From contig CAVWCF010000001.1 in the NCBI GenBank assembly GCA_963753435.1, forward strand, positions 32,001 to 96,000: DNA of 64,000 bases, read 5' to 3'. The notes under the pieces were generated by a model, which was not told where the DNA came from, did no database searches, and worked only from the letters and a program-made list of their open reading frames with translations. Each line of letters begins with the position of its first letter. Positions within the stretch are counted from its first letter, which is position 1. Shown here piece after piece: positions 55,810 through 64,000 of this stretch. Both the position numbers and the translations under genes were made by a program. This DNA comes from an uncultured Actinomycetota bacterium (GTDB lineage: Bacteria > Actinomycetota > Actinomycetes > CAVWCF01).

Positions 55810-56241
55810 GTGTTCCTGGGTACCCACCACCCACGTCTGGACGACAAGGGCCGGCTCTTCCTTCCCGCAAGGTTCCGCGAGCAGTTGACCGATGGCGTGG
55901 TCCTGACTCGCGGCCAGGAACGGTGCCTCTTCGCCTACTCCGTGTCCCAGTTCGATGCGGTCACCGCGCAGATGGCCTCGGCCAGTACTGCCTCACGTGA
56001 GGCCCGTGGCTACCAGCGCATGTTCTTCGCCTCGGCGACGTTGGAGACACCGGACAAGCAGGGCCGGGTCACGATCCCCGCCGATCTGCGCAACTACGCC
56101 GGGCTGGAGCGCGACTGTGCGGTCGTCGGCGTCAACACCCGGATGGAGATCTGGGCTGCATCCGCCTGGGAGAGCTACCAGGCCACCCACGAGGACTCCT
56201 TCGCACAACTGAGCGAGGAGGTGTTGCCCGGCCTCCTTTAG
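55810..56241 (+). CDS. mraZ: Division/cell wall cluster regulator MraZ
   Basis: FLGTH..RLDDKGRL.LP, DKQGRV.IP and EIW. Confidence 0.96.
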   Translation: MFLGTHHPRLDDKGRLFLPARFREQLTDGVVLTRGQERCLFAYSVSQFDAVTAQMASASTASREARGYQRMFFASATLETPDKQGRVTIPADLRNYAGLERDCAVVGVNTRMEIWAASAWESYQATHEDSFAQLSEEVLPGLL

Positions 56242-56257
56242 GGCTTCGTCGCGCGAG

Positions 56258-56330
56258 GCCTCCCCCCGCTCCGCACCTGAGACACCTTCCCCGGTCTCAG
56301 GCGGATGCCAACAGCGAGCGGGTGGGGACC
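56258..56330 (+). ncRNA. mraW RNA motif
   Basis: Hairpin CCTGAGAC-ACCTTCCCCG-GTCTCAGG (56276-56301) with outer pairing 56258-71/56316-30; located between mraZ and rsmH, as expected for this actinobacterial motif. Confidence 0.8.
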
Positions 56331-56557
56331 TGGAGCGACGGACCGGACCAGAAACGCAGCAATAAGCACAAGCGGATCAGCAAGGTGCATGCAGGACCGC
56401 ACAACAGAAGGGCAAGGGTCGAGGTGAGCGGGCAACCGATTCCAGGGCCCGGCGTACGCGCCGGATCCGGGCTTCTTGCGCCGCTGCTGCTGGCCGTCGT
56501 CGCTACCAGTTGCTGCGTGCTGATTGCCGTTGCTTGTGTTGGGTTGGTAGGCGCCGC

Positions 56558-57511
56558 ATGACCGCCGCACATGTGCCGGTGATGACCGAGCGTGTGTTGG
56601 CGCTGCTCGGCCCGGCCTTGATGGGAGACGCTCCAGTCCTCGTTGATGCGACCGTGGGGCTCGGCGGTCACACCGAGGCGTTTCTCAACAAGCATCCGAC
56701 GGTGCGCGTGGTCGGCATGGACCGCGACCAGGATGCGCTGGCCGCATCTGCGGCGCGGCTGTCCGGCTACGCGGATCGGGTCACGTTGGTGCATGCCGTC
56801 TACAACGAACTGCCGGCCGTCCTGCGGCGGCTGGGCCTTGAGTCGATCCAGGCGGTGCTCTTCGACCTGGGCGTTTCCTCCATGCAGCTGGACGCAGCCG
56901 AGCGCGGCTTCGCCTACTCCCAGGACGCGCCGCTGGACATGCGCATGGACGCCACGGCCCAGACGCCGACGGCCGCCGAGGTGGTCAATACCTACTCCGC
57001 CGCTCAGTTGGCTGCGGTGCTGAGGCACTACGGCGAGGAACGCTTCGCGCGTCGGATCGCCGACGCCATCGTGGCTGCGCGGAGCAAGAGCCCCATCTCC
57101 GGAAGTGCCGAACTTGCCGAACTCGTGCGCAACGCCATCCCCGCGGCGGCGCGACGGACTGGTGGGCATCCGGCCAAGCGAACGTTCCAGGCGCTTCGGA
57201 TCGAGGTCAACGCCGAATTGTCCGTCCTCACCGAGGCACTGCCGGCGGCATTGGACGAGCTCGTGGTCGGGGGGCGCATCGCCGTGTTGTCCTACCAATC
57301 GCTGGAGGACCGCATCGTCAAGCAGGCGCTTGCGGCCGTTTCGCGCTCAACCGCGCCCGTCGGCCTCCCCGTCGTTCCGGCCGACGCCGAACCGCGCTTT
57401 GAGTTGCTGACTCGTGGTGCGGAGAAACCGGACGCCGCCGAGGTCGCTGAAAACCCGCGGGCGGCATCGGCCCGGTTGCGCGCGGCCGTGCGATTGCGGG
57501 AGGCGGCGTGA
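56558..57511 (+). CDS. rsmH: 16S rRNA m4C1402 methyltransferase
   Basis: [28 protein letters not shown] and [10 protein letters not shown]. Confidence 0.96.
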   Translation: MTAAHVPVMTERVLALLGPALMGDAPVLVDATVGLGGHTEAFLNKHPTVRVVGMDRDQDALAASAARLSGYADRVTLVHAVYNELPAVLRRLGLESIQAVLFDLGVSSMQLDAAERGFAYSQDAPLDMRMDATAQTPTAAEVVNTYSAAQLAAVLRHYGEERFARRIADAIVAARSKSPISGSAELAELVRNAIPAAARRTGGHPAKRTFQALRIEVNAELSVLTEALPAALDELVVGGRIAVLSYQSLEDRIVKQALAAVSRSTAPVGLPVVPADAEPRFELLTRGAEKPDAAEVAENPRAASARLRAAVRLREAA

Positions 57512-57888
57512 GCGCGGCCCGGCCCCTTCCTCGGGACCACTTCGTCCCGGCGGCACCGACTCCCCGTCCGCGGCTGCGGGTCATTCGCTCCGTACCGCGC
57601 CCACCGTTGCCGCCGTTCATTGCGGTGGTGGCGGGACTCCTCCTCATTGGCCTGGTTGGGCTGCTCGGTCTCAACACCGTGCTGGCCCGGTCCTCGTTCA
57701 CCGTCGCGGAACTGGCAACGGACGTTGCCAGCCTGGAGGAGCAGCAGGCGGCGCTGGCGGAGGAGGTCGCTGTACTGGAATCGCCGACGGAGTTGGCCCG
57801 GCGCGCAGCTCGTCTCGGCATGGTTGCCGGCGGTCCGCCGGTCTTCATCGACCCGGCCACGCCGGGAGCGCAGGCGCCCAAGCAATGA
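57508..57888 (+). CDS. ftsL: Cell division protein FtsL
   Basis: Single TM helix, coiled coil and A..LGM; lies between rsmH and ftsI. Confidence 0.8.
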   Translation: MSAARPLPRDHFVPAAPTPRPRLRVIRSVPRPPLPPFIAVVAGLLLIGLVGLLGLNTVLARSSFTVAELATDVASLEEQQAALAEEVAVLESPTELARRAARLGMVAGGPPVFIDPATPGAQAPKQ

Positions 57889-59654
57889 CCACGACGACGC
57901 CGGTACGGCCGCCGACCCGGCCATCGAACCGGCCATCGACCTTGGCTTCGGACCGGCGCCGGATCCGGCAGTTGTCAGCCCTCGTGATCGTCATGGGGCT
58001 GTTGTTCACCGGGCGGCTGGTGCACGTCCAGGCCGCGCAGGCGCAGTTGTACGCAGATCGAGCCGACGCCGAGCGGACAACCACGGAAACGGTTCCGGCC
58101 CCGCGCGGATCCATCACCGACCGCAACGGCGTGGCCTTGGCAGCCAGCATCCCGGCGTACGACATTTCCGCGGACCCGACGCTCATCACCGATCCGGCAG
58201 CGACGGCCCGGACGCTGGCGCCGCTGCTGGATCTGGACGTGGCCTGGCTGCGAGACCGGCTGGACGGGGATCGTCGTTATGTGGCGCTGGCGCAGCGAGT
58301 GCCACCGGACGTCTGGTCGCGGATCCGCGGGGCGGACCAGCCGGGCATATTCGGCGACCCAACGCGAGACCGGCACTACCCCGCAGGTGCCGTCGGCGCG
58401 AACGTCGTTGGGTTCGTGGGCAGCGACGGGCACGGCTTGGCCGGTGTGGAGTTGGCCTACGACCAGAACTTGTCGGGCGTCGACGGGACGCTGACCTATG
58501 AGCGCGGCGCCGATGGGCGGCGCATCCCGACCGCGGAGGCCACAGAGGTGGCCGTGGAGCCGGGCGCTTCGGTCCGGTTGACGCTGGACCGGGACCTGCA
58601 GTGGATGGCGCAAGAGGCGATCGCCAAGCAGGTTCAGGCAACCGGTGCAGCAAGCGGCACGGTCGTAGCGATGGATCCGCGTACCGGCGAAATCCTGGCG
58701 TTGGCGACCGCGCCGACGGTGGATCCGGGGGATCCAAGCGCTGCTGCTGCAGACGATCGCGGGAACCGGGCCGTCAGCGAGGTCTACGAGCCCGGGTCGA
58801 CCAGCAAGGTGATGACGATGGCGGCGGTCATCGAGGAAGGTGCGCTGACACCGGATTCGGTGCTCACCGTGAAGGACTCATTGCGTCGCGGCGGCAAGAC
58901 GTTCAACGATCACACACCGCACCCAACACAGCGTCTGACGCTGACCGGCGTCCTGGCCAAGTCGAGCAACGTCGGGACGATCCTGGCAGCGGAGAGCATC
59001 GGCGGACCCAAGCTCTATGACTACATGCAGCGGTTCGGCATCGGCCGACCCACCGGCATGGTGTTCCCCGGCGAGAGTGCGGGCCAGATACCGCAACCGT
59101 CGTCTTGGTCGGCAACGACGTTCCCAACATTGGCATTCGGGCAGGGCTTCAACCTCAACTCGGTCCAATTGGCCAGCGTGTTCGCGACCCTGGCCAACGA
59201 CGGCGTCCGAATCCAGCCGTCCCTCGTGTCCGGCACCATGGACCTGTCCGGGGAATTCACAGCGGCTGCCCCGGCCATCAGCGAGCAGGTTGTCAGCGAG
59301 CAGACCGCCGACACCGTGCTGGCGATGATGGAGGCAGTTGTCGGTGAGGGTGGGACAGCGCCCAACGCGGCCATCGACGGGTACCGGGTGGCCGGCAAGA
59401 CGGGTACGGCCCAACGCGTTGACCCGGCCTGTGGCTGCTATCGCGGCTATACCGCATCCTTCGTCGGCGTCGCCCCTGCCGATGATCCGCGCCTCGTCGT
59501 GTCCGTCGTACTGCAGGACCCCAAGCGGGGCCGATACGGCGGCCAGTTGGCCGGACCAGTGTTCACCGAGGTCATGTCGTTCGGGCTCAAGTCGCAACAG
59601 GTGCCGCCAAGCGGTTCCGTGCTGCCGAAGCCGCGGCTTTTCGAAGGTGACTAG
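57885..59654 (+). CDS. ftsI: Penicillin-binding protein FtsI (class B)
   Basis: RG.I.DRNG, EPGSTSK (SxxK), SSN and KTG. Confidence 0.95.
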   Translation: MTTTTPVRPPTRPSNRPSTLASDRRRIRQLSALVIVMGLLFTGRLVHVQAAQAQLYADRADAERTTTETVPAPRGSITDRNGVALAASIPAYDISADPTLITDPAATARTLAPLLDLDVAWLRDRLDGDRRYVALAQRVPPDVWSRIRGADQPGIFGDPTRDRHYPAGAVGANVVGFVGSDGHGLAGVELAYDQNLSGVDGTLTYERGADGRRIPTAEATEVAVEPGASVRLTLDRDLQWMAQEAIAKQVQATGAASGTVVAMDPRTGEILALATAPTVDPGDPSAAAADDRGNRAVSEVYEPGSTSKVMTMAAVIEEGALTPDSVLTVKDSLRRGGKTFNDHTPHPTQRLTLTGVLAKSSNVGTILAAESIGGPKLYDYMQRFGIGRPTGMVFPGESAGQIPQPSSWSATTFPTLAFGQGFNLNSVQLASVFATLANDGVRIQPSLVSGTMDLSGEFTAAAPAISEQVVSEQTADTVLAMMEAVVGEGGTAPNAAIDGYRVAGKTGTAQRVDPACGCYRGYTASFVGVAPADDPRLVVSVVLQDPKRGRYGGQLAGPVFTEVMSFGLKSQQVPPSGSVLPKPRLFEGD

Positions 59655-61143
59655 CCTCCGCGGAGTGCTGCGTCCAACGGTGCAGGCCCGCCAGCTGCGA
59701 GATCTCGCCGCGGCTGTGGGTGCAAGTTCCGAAAGCCAGGTGCTCGTTTCCGGGGTCACCCACGACTCTCAGGCGGTCCTGCCGGGCGACCTGTTCGCGG
59801 CCCTGCCCGGCGCACGGACCCACGGGGCGCGCTTTGCGGAACAGGCGCTGGCGTCCGGGGCAGTGGCGGTGCTGACCGACGCCGCCGGCGCCGCAGCTGT
59901 GCCTGCCGGCGTCGAGGTGGTTGTGGTTGCCAACCCGCGCTCCGTATTGGGCCGGGTCTCGGCTCTGGTGTATGCCGATTCCGCCAAGGCTCAGGTGGCC
60001 GGGATCACCGGGACCAACGGCAAGACGACTGTTGCCTTTCTTCTGGCAGCCGGCTTGGCGGCCGCGGGGCATCGAACCGGGTTGCTGGGCACTGTCGGCA
60101 TCCGGATCGGTTCGGAATGGTTGCCGTCCGCGCGCACCACGCCGGAAGCCCCCGACGTTCATGCACTTCTGGCGTTGATGGTCCAGTCCGGCTGTTCGCA
60201 CGTGGCAATGGAGGTGTCCAGCCACGCGCTCGCTCTGAACCGCGTCGACGGCGTGCATTTCGCAACCGCTGGTTTCACGAACCTGGCGCGCGACCACCTC
60301 GACTTCCACGAGAGCCTCGACGAATACTTCGCGACGAAGTCGAAGCTATTCGAGCCCGAACGCTCCGGGAGCGCGGTGGTCTGTGTAGATGACGACTACG
60401 GCCGTCGCCTGCTGGCCGGGCTGACGATCCCCGCTGTCGGCGTCTCGGGCAACGGCCCGGCTGACATCTGGGCGGAGGACGTCACCATCGGTGCCACCGG
60501 ATCCCGCTGTGAGGTCGCCTTTCGGGACGGTCGCCGCTTGCCGATGGCCGTGCAACTGGTGGGTGACTTCAACCTGAGCAACGCTCTGGTCGCCGTGGGT
60601 CTACTGGATGAACTCGGTGTGGACCTGCAAGCCGCCATGGCTGGGATGGCGTCGCTGTCCAGCGTCCCCGGCAGAATGGAGCGCATCGACTCCGGCCAGG
60701 CGTTCACCGTGCTCGTGGACTACGCGCACACCCCGGATGCAGTCAGCGCCGCCCTTGCGGCTCTGCGAACCGACCGAGAGCACGTAAGGCTGGTGCTCGG
60801 CTGCGGCGGTGACCGCGACGCCGGCAAGCGTCCACTCATGGGGGCGGCGGCAGCAGCAGGCGCCGCGGAGGTGTGGTTCACCAGTGACAACCCGCGTTCG
60901 GAGGATCCGGCACTGATCGCGGATGAGATGCTCGCGGGCGTTGCGGCCCAGGAACGCCATCGCGTGCACCTTCAGTTGGACCGGGCCAGCGCCATCCGGG
61001 AGGCCATCGCATCGGCCCAACCAGGCGATGTGGTGCTGGTTGCGGGCAAAGGCCATGAGACCGGCCAGGAGATCAACGGTGAGGTGCTCCCGTTCGATGA
61101 CCGCGAGGAGTGCCGAGTCGCGCTGGCCGAGGTGATGGCATGA
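59647..61143 (+). CDS. murE: UDP-MurNAc-dipeptide--DAP ligase
   Basis: GTNGKTT, MEVSSH, DYAHTPD, DNPR (DAP-type) and AGKGHE. Confidence 0.96.
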   Translation: MTSLRGVLRPTVQARQLRDLAAAVGASSESQVLVSGVTHDSQAVLPGDLFAALPGARTHGARFAEQALASGAVAVLTDAAGAAAVPAGVEVVVVANPRSVLGRVSALVYADSAKAQVAGITGTNGKTTVAFLLAAGLAAAGHRTGLLGTVGIRIGSEWLPSARTTPEAPDVHALLALMVQSGCSHVAMEVSSHALALNRVDGVHFATAGFTNLARDHLDFHESLDEYFATKSKLFEPERSGSAVVCVDDDYGRRLLAGLTIPAVGVSGNGPADIWAEDVTIGATGSRCEVAFRDGRRLPMAVQLVGDFNLSNALVAVGLLDELGVDLQAAMAGMASLSSVPGRMERIDSGQAFTVLVDYAHTPDAVSAALAALRTDREHVRLVLGCGGDRDAGKRPLMGAAAAAGAAEVWFTSDNPRSEDPALIADEMLAGVAAQERHRVHLQLDRASAIREAIASAQPGDVVLVAGKGHETGQEINGEVLPFDDREECRVALAEVMA

Positions 61144-62501
61144 GCAGTTGGACCTTGGGCGAACTGGCTCGGCTCGTCGGCGGCGAGCTCATGGGTGCCG
61201 AGCCCGCAACCACTGTCAGTGGCGCCAGCATCGACTCCCGCAACGTCCACGGCGGGGAACTGTTCGTGGCGCTGGCGGGGGAACGAACCGACGGCCACGA
61301 CCACGCGGCCGAGGCAATCGCCGCCGGCGCCGTGGCTGCCTTGGTCGCCCGGCCGATCGCCGGGCCGCACTTGCTCGTGTCCGATCCGGCCGCCGCGCTC
61401 ACAGCGTGGGCGGCAGCGCATCGACGCCGACTGGACCTCACCGTCGTCGCGGTTACCGGCTCAGCCGGCAAGACCACGACCAAAGACCTGATCGCGGACG
61501 TGCTGGCCGCCGCCGGTCCCACGGTGTCCACGCGCGGCTCGTACAACAACGAAATCGGTTTGCCCCTAACCGTGCTCTCCGCCTCGGCGACCGACCGGTT
61601 CCTGGTGCTCGAGATGGGAGCGCGCGGCCGTGGTCACATCGCCGCTCTCTGCGAGGTCGCGGCACCGGACATCGGGGTGGTCCTCAATGTCGGCCATGCG
61701 CACGTTGGCGAGTTCGGCGATCTGGCCACAACTGCTGTCGCCAAGGGCGAGTTGGTGGAGTCCTTGGCCGAGTCCGGTACGGCAGTGCTGAACCGCGACG
61801 ACCCCCTGGTGGCGGAAATGGCCGACCGGACGGCGGCCGACGTCCTCTGGTTCGGTCTTTCCAGCCATGCGGATGTGCGAGCCGACGAGGTTCGGATGCA
61901 CTCCGGTTGCGCCCGATTCGACTTGGACTTGGCGGGGTTGCGCGCACCGGTGGCACTGAGACTCGTGGGCCAGCATCAGGTGGCCAACGCCCTGGCAGCC
62001 GCGGCCGTTGGTCACGCAGTCGGCCTGCCCGTGACCGAAGTAGCGGCAGCACTGAGCCAGTCCGAACTCAAGTCGCGGTGGCGCATGGAGTTGCTGGACC
62101 TGCCCAACGGCGTGACTTTGGTGAACGACGCATACAACGCGAACCCCGATTCCATGCGTGCCGGCCTGGATGCCGTCACGGCCTTCGCCGAAGGGCGCCG
62201 AGTCTTCGCGGTCTTGGGACTGATGGGGGAGTTGGGCGCCGACAGCGCTCGCTTGCACGAAGAGATCGGTGCATACGCGGCGTCGTTGGGCGCGTATGTG
62301 CTCGGCGTAGGACAGGATGCGGCTGCGGTAGTGACCGGCGCGGTGGCGGCCGGTGGCAGCGCGGAGTTGGTTGAGACGGTCTCGGCCGCGGTGGATTGGC
62401 TGCAGGGGGCGCTGCAGCCGGCGGATGTGGTGCTCGTCAAGGCGTCCCGGTCGGCGGGCTTGGAACGGGTAGTAGCGGGCTTGCAGGAGGTGTCGGCTTG
62501 A
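61140..62501 (+). CDS. murF: UDP-MurNAc-tripeptide--D-Ala-D-Ala ligase
   Basis: [25 protein letters not shown] and KASR. Confidence 0.96.
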   Translation: MSSWTLGELARLVGGELMGAEPATTVSGASIDSRNVHGGELFVALAGERTDGHDHAAEAIAAGAVAALVARPIAGPHLLVSDPAAALTAWAAAHRRRLDLTVVAVTGSAGKTTTKDLIADVLAAAGPTVSTRGSYNNEIGLPLTVLSASATDRFLVLEMGARGRGHIAALCEVAAPDIGVVLNVGHAHVGEFGDLATTAVAKGELVESLAESGTAVLNRDDPLVAEMADRTAADVLWFGLSSHADVRADEVRMHSGCARFDLDLAGLRAPVALRLVGQHQVANALAAAAVGHAVGLPVTEVAAALSQSELKSRWRMELLDLPNGVTLVNDAYNANPDSMRAGLDAVTAFAEGRRVFAVLGLMGELGADSARLHEEIGAYAASLGAYVLGVGQDAAAVVTGAVAAGGSAELVETVSAAVDWLQGALQPADVVLVKASRSAGLERVVAGLQEVSA

Positions 62502-63562
62502 GACAACTGCTGCTGTCCGGTGCGGTCTCCATGGTCGTTGCCCTGTTCGGAACTCGTTGGGCTATCTCCTTCTTGTCGCGCCGTGGCTTCGGTCAACTGA
62601 TCCGCGACGACGGTCCCACCACGCACCACAGCAAGCGCGGCACCCCCACGATGGGCGGCGCGGTGATCATCACGGCAGTACTCGCCGGGTACATCGCCGC
62701 GCACTTGCTGTCGTTGCGCGGGCCAACCGCCAGCGGTGTGCTGCTGCTCTTCTTGATGATCGGGTTGGGCGCCGTCGGATTCACCGATGACTACCTGAAG
62801 ATTCGCAACCAGAGATCTCTTGGGCTGCGCAGCGCTGCCAAACTCATGGGACAGGCTTTCGTTGCGATCATCTTCGCGGTTGCCGCGCTGCAGTTCGAAG
62901 ACGCCAATGGTTTGACGCCCGCAAGTTCGGCGCTGTCAATTACCAGGGATACGGCTTTGGTCCTTGGGCCGCTGCTCTTCCTCATCTGGGCGTACCTGAT
63001 GATCGCCGCCACCTCCAACGCGGTGAACCTCACCGATGGCCTTGATGGCCTCGCAACCGGCGCCGCCGCGATCACCTTCTCTGCGTACGCACTCATTGGC
63101 GTCTGGCAATTCGGGCAGTCGTGTGAACGATCCACTGGGACTGGCTGCTACGAGGTACGCGATCCGCTGGACCTGGCGCTGATTGCCGCGGCCCTTGCGG
63201 GTGCGTGCGTGGGCTTCCTTTGGTGGAACACCTCGCCGGCGCAGATATTCATGGGTGACACCGGGTCGCTGGCTCTGGGTGGTGCGATGGCGGGTCTGGC
63301 CATCCTCACCAGGACTGAGTTGCTGCTACTCCTCATGGGTGGCCTCTTCGTGGTGGTGACCGCATCTGTGATCCTGCAGGTGGCCTCGTTCCGGCTGACC
63401 GGTAAGCGCGTCTTTCGCATGGCGCCACTGCAACACCACTTCGAGCTACGCGGTTGGGCCGAGGTGACGATCGTCGTTCGCTTCTGGATCGTCGGGTTCC
63501 TCGGCGTTGCGGGAGCCTTGGGAATCTTCTACGCCGAGTGGGTTTCGGGCGCCTTCGAATGA
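62498..63562 (+). CDS. mraY: Phospho-MurNAc-pentapeptide transferase
   Basis: [28 protein letters not shown] and MAPLQHHFE; TTG start overlaps the murF stop. Confidence 0.96.
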   Translation: MRQLLLSGAVSMVVALFGTRWAISFLSRRGFGQLIRDDGPTTHHSKRGTPTMGGAVIITAVLAGYIAAHLLSLRGPTASGVLLLFLMIGLGAVGFTDDYLKIRNQRSLGLRSAAKLMGQAFVAIIFAVAALQFEDANGLTPASSALSITRDTALVLGPLLFLIWAYLMIAATSNAVNLTDGLDGLATGAAAITFSAYALIGVWQFGQSCERSTGTGCYEVRDPLDLALIAAALAGACVGFLWWNTSPAQIFMGDTGSLALGGAMAGLAILTRTELLLLLMGGLFVVVTASVILQVASFRLTGKRVFRMAPLQHHFELRGWAEVTIVVRFWIVGFLGVAGALGIFYAEWVSGAFE

Positions 63563-64000
63563 GCCTCGTGACCGCACGTGGTGTTGCGGCCCTGCGGGCC
63601 GGACTGTCGGGCCGACTCGTTTGCGTTGCGGGCCTTGGGGTTACCGGCGAGTCCGCGGTGCGGGCGCTGCACCATCTGGGCGCCGATGTGGTTGTCAGCG
63701 AGGCGGCGCCGCAGCGGCAGCAGGAACGCCTGGACCGGTTGCAGGCAGATGGCATCAACGTGCGCATGGTCGAAGAGTTGCCACAGGCGGCGACGTTGCT
63801 CCTGGTCTCGCCGGGGTGGCGACCGTCGCAGCCACTTGTAGCCGCCGCCGCCGATCGCGGGGTGCCGGTTTGGGGTGATGCCGAGCTGGCGCGGAGACTG
63901 AATCCGGACCTGCCCTGGCTGGCCATCACCGGAACCAATGGCAAGACCACGACCGTGCACATGCTGACGCAGATTCTTCTGGCCGCCGGGCACCGAGCGG
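63559..64000 (+). CDS. murD: UDP-MurNAc-L-Ala--D-Glu ligase (3'-truncated by the window)
   Basis: Own translation from ATG 63559: [14 protein letters not shown] and [11 protein letters not shown]. Confidence 0.92.
   Translation, partial: MSLVTARGVAALRAGLSGRLVCVAGLGVTGESAVRALHHLGADVVVSEAAPQRQQERLDRLQADGINVRMVEELPQAATLLLVSPGWRPSQPLVAAAADRGVPVWGDAELARRLNPDLPWLAITGTNGKTTTVHMLTQILLAAGHRA

Overview
High-GC Actinomycetota chromosomal window. It runs from the class II DAHP synthase/pknL/idsA/metF neighbourhood to the start of the dcw cluster (mraZ-rsmH-ftsL-ftsI-murE-murF-mraY-murD, cut by the window end). It contains alkA/ogt repair genes, a second (type I-beta) DAHP synthase and two carotenoid modules (crtE-crtI-mptA-like-crtB plus a heterodimeric lycopene cyclase; crtA-cruF-GT2-desaturase). 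A c-di-GMP-II-like riboswitch precedes a LAXTG-anchored surface protein. A perfect LexA box drives a three-hairpin RNA leader and a DUF6504-HEPN(SAV_6107)-DnaE-DinB cassette with no ImuA'/ImuB. The moxR-DUF58-transglutaminase triad is followed by a ~23-kb uncharacterised CoA-dependent catabolic island between moxR and mraZ (20 genes, including a triple-Rid fusion and a His-rich tandem cupin). Top leads: (1) the SOS leader hairpin loop UGGGGAAG is complementary both to its own anti-SD CUUCCCC and to the CUUCCCC loop of the mraW RNA motif in the dcw operon, a possible RNA link from SOS to cell division; (2) the atypical mutasome; (3) the catabolic island. No CRISPR array, tRNA, rRNA, integrase or transposase was seen. 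All family calls come from motif recognition, not database searches.
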